This document shows positions 9,883 to 19,233 of a stretch of DNA of 64,000 nucleotides, piece after piece. The translations under genes were made by a program, and so were the position numbers. The DNA comes from an uncultured Candidatus Rokubacteria bacterium (GTDB lineage Bacteria > Methylomirabilota > Methylomirabilia > Rokubacteriales > DASRDR01). Positions within the stretch are counted from its first letter, which is position 1. The number at the start of each line of letters is the position of its first letter. Under the pieces are notes generated by a model. The model was not told the origin of the DNA, searched no databases, and saw nothing but the letters and a program-made list of their open reading frames with translations. The DNA lies in assembly GCA_963765195.1 (NCBI GenBank), contig CAVXVV010000039.1:222822-286821 (forward strand). The letters are read 5' to 3'.

Positions 9883-12800
9883 TCAGGGGCCGGTCAGGCT
9901 GAGGACGCGCGTCTCCCGCACGGGACGGCCGAGCGTCTGGGCGAGCGCCGTCACCGGGAGCGCAGGCGCCGCCGGCGCCGAGGGCTCGTCGTCGAACCTC
10001 ACGACAACCAGCTCGCCCGCCTCTTCGAAGACCAGGTCGAGCGTGTCCTCCTGCACGCGGCCGGCGACCTCCACCGCGACGGGCACGTCGCGCCCGAGCC
10101 AGGCCGATCGCCGCGCGCGCGCGATCACTGGATCCGCCAGCACCTCCGTGAGCCGCCGAGCCGCCGCGGCGACCACCTCCGGTCGGGCGCCACGTCGAGC
10201 CCCGAGCGCGGTGACCACGGCAGGGACATCCTGCGGCCGGCCGAGATCCAGGGCACGGAGCGCCGCGCGAGAGAGCGCCGCCACCGCGGCGCGCTGGCGC
10301 GCGCCGCGCGCGGGACGGCCGGCCCGCGTGCCCTCCTCGTCCGGGGCACGCGCCTCCGCGACGACGGCGCCGCGCTCGATGAGGGCGCGCTGACGCGCGC
10401 CCCAGACCTCGAGGGTCTCGGCTGGCGCCGTTGCCGCGGGCGGGCTCGCGGCCACGCGCCCCGGACGGTCGAGCTCCTCGACGGTGAGGACGTCGGTCGG
10501 CGTCCCGAGCAGCCCGAGGAGATGCTGGTAGAAGCCGTTGCCCTCCGGCTGCGACGGCACCGGCAGCACCAGCGCCCGCTCGGCTCGCGTGAGCGCGACG
10601 TAGAGGACGCGCAGCGCCTCGGCATCCACCCGCAGGATCTCCCGGGCCTCGGCGTCGGCCCAGTCGAGCGTGGTCATCGTCGTGTCCGCCACGCGCCCGA
10701 GATTGACGGCGAGCCGCCCGGACGCCCGGTCGGCAAGGAGGATCGGGGGCCGCCATGGACCACCGCGCCCGAGGTCGGGCACGACGACGACCGGAAACTC
10801 GAGGCCCTTGGCCTTGTGGATCGTCATCAGGCGGACCGTGTCGTCGGCGTCGACAGCGGATTCCTCCTCCTCGTAGCGGGCGGCTCCGCGGTCGCGAAGC
10901 CATCGGACGAGCCCGCGGAACGTGAGGGCGCCGGTGGCCTCCAGCGCCCGCGCCGTGTCGAGGACCTTCAGGAGATTGGCCACCCGCGCCTCGCCCTGGG
11001 GCTCGAGCGCGTAGGCCGCCAGCACTTCGCTGCCGGCCAGGAGCCGCTCGATGACGGCGGCCGGCGCGGCGGCGTTCCGGTCTCGATGGAGCGCACCGAG
11101 GAGGGCCCAGGCCCGGGCCAACGCCGGGTCCGCGCCGACGGGGAGCGGTCGGAGATAGCAGAACTCGCCCCCCGCCAGATGGAGGTCCAGCAGCATCTCG
11201 TCCGTGACCCCGAAGAAGGGGGAGCGGAGGGCGCCGACCAGCGCGACCGGGTCATGCGGGTCCTCGATCGCCGCCAGCGCGGCGATCGTCCAGCCCACCT
11301 CCGACCGGTCGTAGTAGTGCCGGCCGCCGACGGTGCGGAACGGGATGCCCGCCGCCCGCAGCGCGTCCTCGTAGGCCACCACGTTCGTCATCGCGCGGAA
11401 CAGGAGCGCGACGTCGCCGTAGCGGAACCGGCCTGACTCGACCTCGCGACGAAGGTATCCGGCGACGAGCCGAGCCTCGTGGACGGCCGCCTCGGCGGCG
11501 CCGCCGGGCGACGGCAGGCCCGGGGGCGGCGCGAGGATCGCGGGCGGCGCGCCGGACTGGGTTCGCGGCGACGGCTCGAGCGCGACGTAGGCCGGCTGAT
11601 AGGCGCCGTCGGGCGGCGGGGCCATGACGCCCTCGAACACGCCGTTGACGGCATCCAGGATCTCCCGGCAGCTCCGGAAGTTCGCGCGGATCGCCAGGAC
11701 CTCGCCACGCTCGGCGAGGGTCCGCTTCGCCTCCTCGTACGTCTCGATGTCGGCCCGGCGGAACCGGTAGATGCTCTGCTTCGGGTCGCCGACGACGAAC
11801 AGGCTGCCCGGCGGCGCGCCCTCCGCGAGGCACAGGACCATCTCGAGCTGCAGCGGGTCGGTGTCCTGGAACTCGTCGACCAGGAGATAGCGGATGCCGC
11901 GCTGGAAGTCCTGCCGCACGTCCACCCGATCGCGGAGGACGTTCCGCGCGCGGAGGAGCAGGTCGAGGAAGTCGAGGCGCCCGGCGCGCGCCTTCACGAC
12001 GGCGAAGGCGTCGACGAAGCCCGCCGCCCAGCGCGCCAGGCCGGCGACCAGGTTGTGACGGGCGACCGCGCGCGCTCCCTCCACGCGTTCCCGGAGCGCG
12101 ATCAGGCAGGCGCGGCATTCCTCCAGCGCGGCCTTGTCGCGCCACTTCGCCTTGTTGCCGAGCCGCTCGGGCTTGTCGGGCAGCCGGGCCGGCCCGAGCA
12201 GCGCGCGCGCCTGATCGGCCTCCGGCAGGCCCTCGGTCTGCTGCACCCACTGCGCCAGGTCCTCGACCGCCCGCGCCGCGCGGTCCTCCGGGTCCTTCAC
12301 GGCGCCGCGCGCCAGGTCCGCCAGCCGGACGATGGTCGCGCGCGCATCGGCGTTCAGGGTCGCCACGGGCTCGGCGAAGGGCGCTGGCTCCGGCAGGCCT
12401 TCGAGCCGGTCGCGGGCGTCCACGAGGGCGAAGGCGAGGTCGCGCAGACGCTCGAGCCCGAGCCCGCGCTCGATCGCCTCCCGCACCACCTCGGCCGCGC
12501 CCGGCTCCGAGAGCGCCTCGGGGAGCCACGATGTCCACGCTCGATCCAGCAGGAGGCGCGCGGTGAGCGGGTCGGCGACGGTGAAGCCCGGGTCCACGCC
12601 CGCCTCGACGGGGCGCTCGCGCAGGAGCCCCGCCGCGAACGCGTGGATCGTCCCGATCCGCGCGATCTCGAGCTCCCGGAGCGCCTCGTGGAGACCGGCC
12701 CGGGCCAGCTCGCCCCGGAGCCGGATGCGGAGATCGGCCGCCGCCTTCTCCGTGAACGTGACGGCCGCGATCTCGGCGAGGCGAGCCCGTCCGCTCCGGA

Positions 12801-12951
12801 CCAGGTTCACGATGCGGCCGAGGAGCAGCGTCGTCTTGCCGCTGCCCGCGGCGGCCTCCACCAGGAAGGTGGTGTCGAGGTCCTCGAGCGCGCGGCGGCG
12901 CTCGGGCGCGTCGACCAGCGGCGGCGCGGCGCCGGTCTCCGGCCGCGTCAC
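9883..12951 (-). CDS. addA: UvrD/Rep-type helicase, AddA-like subunit of the AddAB helicase-nuclease
   Basis: GTG at 12951 overlaps the addB stop (GTGA). Walker A AAAGSGKTT and motif II LLVDEFQDTD are present, with a long SF1 helicase body. The C-terminal RecB-like segment is present but looks degenerate (see findings). The 1389-aa ORF start is an off-frame extension into addB. Confidence 0.85.
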   Translation of the reverse strand: MTRPETGAAPPLVDAPERRRALEDLDTTFLVEAAAGSGKTTLLLGRIVNLVRSGRARLAEIAAVTFTEKAAADLRIRLRGELARAGLHEALRELEIARIGTIHAFAAGLLRERPVEAGVDPGFTVADPLTARLLLDRAWTSWLPEALSEPGAAEVVREAIERGLGLERLRDLAFALVDARDRLEGLPEPAPFAEPVATLNADARATIVRLADLARGAVKDPEDRAARAVEDLAQWVQQTEGLPEADQARALLGPARLPDKPERLGNKAKWRDKAALEECRACLIALRERVEGARAVARHNLVAGLARWAAGFVDAFAVVKARAGRLDFLDLLLRARNVLRDRVDVRQDFQRGIRYLLVDEFQDTDPLQLEMVLCLAEGAPPGSLFVVGDPKQSIYRFRRADIETYEEAKRTLAERGEVLAIRANFRSCREILDAVNGVFEGVMAPPPDGAYQPAYVALEPSPRTQSGAPPAILAPPPGLPSPGGAAEAAVHEARLVAGYLRREVESGRFRYGDVALLFRAMTNVVAYEDALRAAGIPFRTVGGRHYYDRSEVGWTIAALAAIEDPHDPVALVGALRSPFFGVTDEMLLDLHLAGGEFCYLRPLPVGADPALARAWALLGALHRDRNAAAPAAVIERLLAGSEVLAAYALEPQGEARVANLLKVLDTARALEATGALTFRGLVRWLRDRGAARYEEEESAVDADDTVRLMTIHKAKGLEFPVVVVPDLGRGGPWRPPILLADRASGRLAVNLGRVADTTMTTLDWADAEAREILRVDAEALRVLYVALTRAERALVLPVPSQPEGNGFYQHLLGLLGTPTDVLTVEELDRPGRVAASPPAATAPAETLEVWGARQRALIERGAVVAEARAPDEEGTRAGRPARGARQRAAVAALSRAALRALDLGRPQDVPAVVTALGARRGARPEVVAAAARRLTEVLADPVIARARRSAWLGRDVPVAVEVAGRVQEDTLDLVFEEAGELVVVRFDDEPSAPAAPALPVTALAQTLGRPVRETRVLSLTGP

Positions 12952-15902
12952 TCGATCGCCTCGAGGGTCTCGTGGGTCACGACCGCGGGATCGGCGCGCT
13001 TGGCCTCCGCCCACCGCCCGCGCTCGGCGCCGCATGCCAGGTCGAAGGCGCACGGGCCGCGCGCGCACGCGCCGGGCCGCTGGAAGAACCGCCCGGCGCG
13101 GATGCCGTCGACGATCGTCGTGAGGACCCGGTCGAAGTCGGCGCGCCGGATCTCCCAGCCGGCCCGGGTGAAGCGCACGCGCGTTCCGGCATCCGGTCCG
13201 ATCACGTGGTAGTACTGGGCCTCGTCCACGCTCGCCGTCCCTTCGGCCGCAAGGAGCGCCTCGGCGGCGAGCCGGTAGAGCGGCAGCTGGAGCGCGCGGC
13301 CCCTCGCCAGCCGGTCCGGCGTCCTGGGTGACCGGAGCCTGCCCGTCTTGTAGTCGAGGACCCGTGCGCGCTGGCCGTCGGGTGACACGTCGACCCGGTC
13401 GATCTGGCCTCGAATGCGGAGCGTGGTGCCGTCGGGCAATCGGTAGACGAGCGGAGGGCCCGCTGCCTCGCGACCTTCGATGCCGAAGGCCACCTCGAAG
13501 CGTGCCGGCCGCCACCCTGCCGGATCGCCGGCCTCGGCCTCCAGCGCGGACCGGAGCTCCTCCCGAAGGCGCGCCTGCTCGCCCGCCCAGAGCGCCGGCA
13601 GCCCGGTCAGACCCCGGCGCTCGGCTTCGGCGCTGGCCGCGGCGAACGCGGCGTCGAGCGACTCCTGGGCGGCCGGGAGATTCTCCGGTGTGAGCGGCAG
13701 CGTCCCCCGCTCCGCCAGCGTCCGGAACGTCGCCTCGAGGACGGCGTGGACCAGATCGCCTCGATCGCGCGGGTCCATCATGAGGATACGATCCGGCTCC
13801 TCGACAGCCTCCAGCCCGTAGACGCGCTCGAGCAGGAATCGAAACGGGCATGACGCGTACCGCTCGAGCGCGGTCGGCGCCAGCGGGACGTCTCCGAGAT
13901 CGACGCCTCGGCTCAGCAGCCCGTCGTACGCCGTCAGCGCGTCCGTCGCCTCGCGAGACCGGATCGCCGCGAGGCCGCGCCGGGCCCCCGGCAGCTGCCG
14001 GAGCAGGGGCTCCGGCGCCGGTCGGGCCGTGAGCGCCCGCGTCACGAGCCACTCGCGCTGGTCGAGCGGTCGCTCGTAGGCTCCGGGAGGCGCCGGGTGG
14101 AGGGGGACGCTCCGCCAGCCCGGGAACTGCGCGAGGGTCTCGAAATCGTGGCGCTGGCCGGTCACCGCCTCCAGCAGATCCAGCACGAGGAACGACGGCA
14201 CGCGCGGCCGCCCGCTCTCCGCGTCGATGCGCGGGTACGTGAGGAGGACGCGCCGAGCTCCGGAGCCGACGGCCAGCGCGAAGCGCACGCGCTCGAGATC
14301 TCGCGCCTCCGCCCCGAGCGGAAGACCCGTGAGCCGCCGGCGCTCCGCGTCGAGGAGGATGGGGTCCTGGCGCGGGGCGGCCGGGAACCCGCCCTCGACC
14401 AGGCCGGGCACGATCGTGAGCGCGAAGTCGATGCCGAGCGCGGTGCCGAGCTCCCCGACGAACACGCGTCCGGCCGCGGGCTCCGACCCGGCGGCCGATG
14501 GCGCGGCGAGCACCGCCTCCAGCAGGATCCAGAACTCGTCCAGCGGCACGGCGACGTCCACCGCGCCGAGCTCGCGGAGACGGCCGAGCGCGCCCAGCGC
14601 CAGCTCGGCCTCCGGTGACGTCTCCACGAGCCGGCGGAACGTCCGCGTGAAGGCATCGACGATCATCTCCACCGGCGCCGGGTCGGGGATCTGAGAGAGC
14701 CCTCGGAGGAGGATCCGGACCACGCGGCGAAGGGCACCGAGGGCGTCGCGATCACCGGCGCGCCGGGCCCGTCGCTCCTCGTCGTCGTCGGCCTCGGTCG
14801 GGGGCACGAAACGCCGCCCCAGCCGGTCGAGCCGCTCTCGCCAGTCACGGACGCCGCCGACGACCCCCGCCTGGCGCGAGAGCCGCTCCCACTCGGCCGG
14901 ACTGGTTCCGGGCCGTGGCCGGAGATCGGCGAACGCCAGGAACTCCATCACGGCCGCGCGCGCGAAGTCCGATCGGCGCACCTCGGCCAGTAGACGCAGG
15001 CTGCGCCCGGCCCGTGTCTCCCCGACCGCCGGCGCCGTCCCCGGAGTGTAAGGAATGCCGGCCGCGGCGAAGACGTCCCGGATCGCGGGCAGGTACGCCG
15101 CGGGTTGCCGGAGGAGAATGCCGACCTCGTCGAGCCGGCCGCCTTGCTCCACGTGGGCGAGGATCGCGCGCGCGATCTCGCGCACCTCCCGCTCCTCGCC
15201 CGGCGCCGCGATGATCGACAGGCCGGCCGCCGCCGGCAGGTCCGCCGAGTCCGCGCCGGCGGCATAGCGCAGGACCGGGCCCGCCCGCCCGCACGCGTCG
15301 AGGAGACGCGCCTCGAGCGGGTTCATCTCGACGAATCCGAAGGCGAGGACCGCCGCCGCGCCCAGGCGCTCCGGCTCGGCCTGGACCAGGCGCGCGGCCT
15401 CGAGGAGCAGGTCCGAGGTGTCGTAGTAGCCGTGCCGCCGGAGGGCCGACTCCAGCGCCCGGTACATCATCGCGAGCTCCCGCACTTTCGGGCTCTCGGC
15501 GAACGCCGCCTCGAGGTCAGCGGGACCGAGGCCGGCGCGCTTCACGTCGAGGAGCGTGCCGAGGACGGCCGCCGGGAAGTTCCGTGCGTGGAGCACGCCC
15601 GAGAAGTAGCCGCCTTCCGGCGGCACCGCCTCCTGGATCGCGCGGTCGACGAGAAGCCGGTCCGCCACCGCCGGGAGCGGGCGCCGACCTTCGAGCGCGA
15701 GCGGCACGAGGGCGATCCGCTCGGCCAGGTCGGGAAGCGTCATCACGTGGATCCCCGCCACCCCGCCGAGCGCGCGGGCCAGCCCGGCACGGACCCGCCC
15801 CCCGAGAAGCCGGCTCGGGACGACCATGAACACGGCGCCGCGCGGGTCCCGCGCGCGGAGCGCGCGCGCGTCCTCGATCAGGCGCGCTTCGAGCCGCCTC
15901 AC
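12948..15902 (-). CDS. addB: PD-(D/E)XK nuclease family protein, AddB-like subunit
   Basis: 984-aa ORF. C-terminal nuclease motif GQIDRVD...ARVLDYKTGR. Four Cys (SCPFRF ... CARGPCAFDLAC) match the AddB Fe-S cluster pattern. It sits immediately upstream of, and is coupled to, the helicase gene. Confidence 0.8.
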   Translation of the reverse strand: MRRLEARLIEDARALRARDPRGAVFMVVPSRLLGGRVRAGLARALGGVAGIHVMTLPDLAERIALVPLALEGRRPLPAVADRLLVDRAIQEAVPPEGGYFSGVLHARNFPAAVLGTLLDVKRAGLGPADLEAAFAESPKVRELAMMYRALESALRRHGYYDTSDLLLEAARLVQAEPERLGAAAVLAFGFVEMNPLEARLLDACGRAGPVLRYAAGADSADLPAAAGLSIIAAPGEEREVREIARAILAHVEQGGRLDEVGILLRQPAAYLPAIRDVFAAAGIPYTPGTAPAVGETRAGRSLRLLAEVRRSDFARAAVMEFLAFADLRPRPGTSPAEWERLSRQAGVVGGVRDWRERLDRLGRRFVPPTEADDDEERRARRAGDRDALGALRRVVRILLRGLSQIPDPAPVEMIVDAFTRTFRRLVETSPEAELALGALGRLRELGAVDVAVPLDEFWILLEAVLAAPSAAGSEPAAGRVFVGELGTALGIDFALTIVPGLVEGGFPAAPRQDPILLDAERRRLTGLPLGAEARDLERVRFALAVGSGARRVLLTYPRIDAESGRPRVPSFLVLDLLEAVTGQRHDFETLAQFPGWRSVPLHPAPPGAYERPLDQREWLVTRALTARPAPEPLLRQLPGARRGLAAIRSREATDALTAYDGLLSRGVDLGDVPLAPTALERYASCPFRFLLERVYGLEAVEEPDRILMMDPRDRGDLVHAVLEATFRTLAERGTLPLTPENLPAAQESLDAAFAAASAEAERRGLTGLPALWAGEQARLREELRSALEAEAGDPAGWRPARFEVAFGIEGREAAGPPLVYRLPDGTTLRIRGQIDRVDVSPDGQRARVLDYKTGRLRSPRTPDRLARGRALQLPLYRLAAEALLAAEGTASVDEAQYYHVIGPDAGTRVRFTRAGWEIRRADFDRVLTTIVDGIRAGRFFQRPGACARGPCAFDLACGAERGRWAEAKRADPAVVTHETLEAIE

Positions 15903-15939
15903 GAGGATCCTGCCGCGGCCCGGGTCGGAACGGGCGCGC

Positions 15940-16355
15940 TCATCCCGACGCCGTCACCGCCGCACGCCCGGGGAGGGCGGCGCGCACGGCGTCCGCCATG
16001 GGGCTCCAGGCGAACCAGCGCGGAAAAGCGCGCGCGGCGGCGGGCATCCCGTCGATCCGGACGAGGCCGGCGCGCATCGCCGCGGCGAGCGTCGTGCGCC
16101 CGAGCCATACTCGGTAGAAGGCGGCGATGTCCGCGCTCACGTGGACGTCGACGTCGAACTTCGGGTGCTGGAGGCACACCGACACGTCGGTCCGCTCCAG
16201 GACGAGCCAGTAGCTGCCGCTTCGCTCTCCGCGGAGGTTGAACTGGATGACGTGCGGCCCGCGGGAAGGAGCTGTCGGAGGATCAGCGGCGGTCCAGCGT
16301 CAGCGAGAATCTCCGACGCTCGGGCCACCGGGCAGTACTGGCCGTACTGGTACAT
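15940..16355 (-). pseudogene. HxlR-type regulator remnant (internal deletion plus frameshift)
   Basis: ATG at 16355 has GGAGG upstream and gives MYQYGQYCPVARASEILADAGPPLILRQLL, an HxlR wHTH start. That frame then becomes nonsense. A second frame gives ...YWLVLERTDVSVCLQHPKFDVDVHVSADIAAFYRVWLGR...AFPRWFAWSP, which resembles the C-terminal extension seen in a subgroup of HxlR proteins. Most of the wHTH is missing. Confidence 0.6.
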
Positions 16356-16438
16356 GGCGCGCACCTCCCCGGAGACGCTGGGGTCCTCGGTTCGGTAATT
16401 GTACTGGCTTTCCCTCGATCGGAGCGCCAGGCTCGGCG

Positions 16439-16642
16439 GTGAAGCGTCCGAGTTCGACCCGCGCGAAGTACGTGCTGCCCGACAAGACCGTCGTCTACGG
16501 GCCGGGCGACTTCTTCTTCGAGTCGGGCGACGTCACGCACACGGCGATGAACAAGACAGACGCGCCGATGGTCCACCTGCTGTTCGAGATCTTGCCGGCC
16601 TCGCTCCAGGGGCCGTCGATCATGCCAGCGATGAAGCACTGA
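16439..16642 (+). pseudogene. Cupin-domain protein remnant (C-terminal half only)
   Basis: ...YVLPDKTVVYGPGDFFFESGDVTHTAMNKTDAPMVHLLFEI matches the second half of a small cupin barrel. There is no N-terminal half with the first metal-binding motif. It is divergent from the decayed HxlR gene. Confidence 0.5.
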
Positions 16643-16678
16643 CGCGGCGCGAGGCCAGGTGGGCGGCCGGGCCGCGCT

Positions 16679-17617
16679 TCACCTCGAGAGCGCGGCCCGG
16701 AGCGCCGACTCGAGGCGCGGGTGCCGGAAGTGGAAGCCGGCGCGCTCGAGTCGCCGCGGGAGGACGCGCGCGCTCCCGAGGAGCAGGGCCCGGCCCATCT
16801 CGCCGAGGAGCAGCCGGACGGCGAGGGCCGGCAACGGCACGAGCGTCGGCCGGCCGAGGACCTTGCCCAGCTTGCGCGTGAACTCGCGGTTGGTGACCGG
16901 AGCCGGCGCGACGGCATTGATCGGCCCCGCGAGGCCGTCGAGCCCGAGGCAGAGCTCGATCGCCCGCACGAGGTCGCCGAGCTCGATCCAGCTCCAGTAC
17001 TGACGACCGCTCCCCACCACACCGCCCACTCCGAGCCGGAACGGAAGGGTCATTCGCGGCAGGGCCCCGCCCTGCTTCGCGAGGACCAGACCGAGCCGCG
17101 GATGGACGACGCGGATGCCCGCCGATCTCGCGGCGTCCGCCGCCGCCTCCCACTCGCGGCAGACGTCCGCCAGGAACCCGGCGCCGGGAGCGCTGTCCTC
17201 GGTGAGCGGCGTCTCTCCGCGGTCCCCGTAGTACCCGACGGCGGACGCCGAGACGAGCACTCGCGGCCGGCGCTCGAGGTTGCCGAGCGTCTCGCTGAGG
17301 AGCCGCGTGCCGTCGACTCGGCTCCGGCGAATCCGCTCCTTCACCGCGGCGCTCCAGCGGCGCGCCGCGATGCTCTCCCCTGCCAGATGCACCACCGCGT
17401 CCACGCCCTCGAGCGCCCGGGGATCGAGGCGGCCGCGCGCCGGATCCCACTCGACGTCCGTCGTGCCCACGGTCGGCGGCCGGCGCGTCAGTCGGTCGAC
17501 CCGGTGCCCTGCCGCGAGGAGCGCGGGCACGAGCGCGCTCCCGACGAGGCCGGTGGCGCCGGTGACGGCCACGCGGAACCGGGGCACGCGCATGATCTCG
17601 GGAACGGCCGCGCTCAT
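16679..17617 (-). CDS. TIGR01777-family (YfcH-like) NAD-dependent epimerase/dehydratase-fold protein
   Basis: VAVTGATGLVGSAL Rossmann motif, VVHLAGESIA..RW, and the DUF1731-like C-terminus. The start is at 17617 or 17593; the longer 349-aa start is unlikely. Confidence 0.85.
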   Translation of the reverse strand: MSAAVPEIMRVPRFRVAVTGATGLVGSALVPALLAAGHRVDRLTRRPPTVGTTDVEWDPARGRLDPRALEGVDAVVHLAGESIAARRWSAAVKERIRRSRVDGTRLLSETLGNLERRPRVLVSASAVGYYGDRGETPLTEDSAPGAGFLADVCREWEAAADAARSAGIRVVHPRLGLVLAKQGGALPRMTLPFRLGVGGVVGSGRQYWSWIELGDLVRAIELCLGLDGLAGPINAVAPAPVTNREFTRKLGKVLGRPTLVPLPALAVRLLLGEMGRALLLGSARVLPRRLERAGFHFRHPRLESALRAALSR

Positions 17618-17688
17618 CGGATCAGGCTCGGGACGTGGGCGGCATTCGCGTGGACGGGGCCGCACCGACCGCCCGGATCCGGATCGAC

Positions 17689-17751
17689 GGGACGTCGCTG
17701 AGGCGCAGCGCTGGCACGCCTCCATCATGCCGCAGCCCTCGGGACGTCGCT
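17689..17751. repeat. Direct repeat GGGACGTCGCT (x2, 52 bp apart) in the intergenic region upstream of the EthD operon
   Basis: Exact 11-mer at 17689-17699 and 17741-17751. Each copy contains the palindrome GACGTC. Confidence 0.5.
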
Positions 17752-17873
17752 CGCCGGGCGTGACGCCCGGCCGCGCCAGCCTCCCCCTTCATGCCAGCGC
17801 GGGACGGACGTAAGATGCCCGCGGAGCGGACTCCCCGTCGAGCGAGCGGCCAGGGCCGCGAAGGGGCACGCAC

Positions 17874-18182
17874 ATGGTCAGGATGTCGGTGATGTACGTC
17901 GGGCAGCCGGCCGATCCGGCGGCTTTCGATGCCTACTACTGGAAGACCCACCTGCCCACCGTCGAGAAGTGGCCGGGGATCCGCCGGATCACGATCGCGA
18001 AGGGCGGGCCGGGCGACGAGTTCTACCAGATCGCCGATCTCTGGTTCGACTCGCGAGCGGATCTCGACGTGGCCCTCGCGTCGCCGGAGCGCAAGGCGTC
18101 GGCGGAAGACGTCAAGCGGTTCCCCGAGTTCCGAGGGCAGATCAAGCGTCAGATCTTCCAGGTGACGTCGTACTGGCCGTGA
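17874..18182 (+). CDS. EthD-family (TIGR02118-like) protein
   Basis: 102 aa. MSVMYVGQPADPAAFDAYYWKTHLP...FQV resembles the EthD / dimeric alpha-beta barrel family. Confidence 0.8.
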   Translation: MVRMSVMYVGQPADPAAFDAYYWKTHLPTVEKWPGIRRITIAKGGPGDEFYQIADLWFDSRADLDVALASPERKASAEDVKRFPEFRGQIKRQIFQVTSYWP

Positions 18183-18190
18183 CGCGCCGC

Positions 18191-19216
18191 ATGCCGTCGG
18201 TGGAGGGCGGCGCGGTGACACGGGTCCTCGTCACCATGCCGTTCGGCGAGGCGCAGCTCGACCGCATCCGGGCGGCGTCTCCCCGCATCAGCGTGACGCG
18301 CGACGACCCGGCCCGGGCCGACTACCGGGAAGTCGAGGTCCTGTACACGGACAGGCCCCCCGCCGGCCCGGCGCAGGCCCCGGATCTCCGCTGGATCCAG
18401 CTCCACATGGCCGGTGTCAACTCGCTCCAGGAGCACCCGTTCTACCGGGACAGCGATATCCCCCTCACCACGACCAGCGGCGTCCACGCCTCCACGATCG
18501 CCGAGTACGTCATCGCTGTGCTCCTGGCGCTGGCCCACCGCGTCCCGCGCATGGTGGAGTGGCACGGACGGAAGGCATGGCCGCCCGACGCCGATCGCTG
18601 GCGCCTGTTCGTCCCGACCGAGGTTCGCGGCGCGACGATCGGGTTGATCGGCTACGGCAGCATCGGGCGGGAGCTCGCGCGCATCGCCGTGTCCGCCTTC
18701 GGCATGACCGTGCTCGCCTGCAAGCGGAATCCCGCCGAGCGGACGGACCGCGGCTACGGCCTGCCGGGCACCGGGGACCGGGAGGGGCGCCTGCCCGCAG
18801 GCTGGTTCGGCCCCGCCGAGCTCCCGCGCATGCTGCCTCGCTGCGACGTGGTCGTGCTCTGCGCGCCGCTCACGGCCGAGACGCGGCGCCTCATCGATCG
18901 GGCGGCGATCTCGGCGATGAAGCCCACCGCGTACTTCATCAACGTGGGCCGGGGCGCCTCGGTCGACGAAGCCGCGCTCGCGGAGGCGCTCAGGGAGAAG
19001 CGGATCGCCGGCGCGGGCATCGACGTCTTCGCCCAGGAGCCGCCGGCGGCGGGGCATCCCTTCTACGACCTGGACAACGTCATCGTGTCGCCGCACGTCT
19101 CGGGGTTCCTCCCCAGCTACGACGACCGGTGCGCCGAGCTCTTCGCCGAGAACCTGCGCCGCTACCTGGCCCGCGAGCCGCTCCTGAACCTGGTCGATCG
19201 GGCGCGCGGCTACTGA
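18191..19216 (+). CDS. D-isomer-specific 2-hydroxyacid dehydrogenase family protein
   Basis: NAD motif GLIGYGSIGRELA, then NVGRG...DE...L and SPHVSG near the C-terminus. ATG at 18191 lies 9 nt after the EthD stop. Confidence 0.9.
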   Translation: MPSVEGGAVTRVLVTMPFGEAQLDRIRAASPRISVTRDDPARADYREVEVLYTDRPPAGPAQAPDLRWIQLHMAGVNSLQEHPFYRDSDIPLTTTSGVHASTIAEYVIAVLLALAHRVPRMVEWHGRKAWPPDADRWRLFVPTEVRGATIGLIGYGSIGRELARIAVSAFGMTVLACKRNPAERTDRGYGLPGTGDREGRLPAGWFGPAELPRMLPRCDVVVLCAPLTAETRRLIDRAAISAMKPTAYFINVGRGASVDEAALAEALREKRIAGAGIDVFAQEPPAAGHPFYDLDNVIVSPHVSGFLPSYDDRCAELFAENLRRYLAREPLLNLVDRARGY

Positions 19217-19233
19217 CGAGAGGACCTCGATCC

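Noticed and set aside
9883-15902. Helicase plus PD-(D/E)XK nuclease pair as a phage-defence module (Gabija-like or other UvrD-containing systems).
   Set aside because: Gene order, sizes, GTGA coupling, the four-Cys Fe-S nuclease domain in the first protein and the SF1 helicase with a C-terminal RecB-like segment in the second fit the housekeeping AddAB recombination enzyme. No OLD/ATPase, methylase or other defence partners are adjacent.
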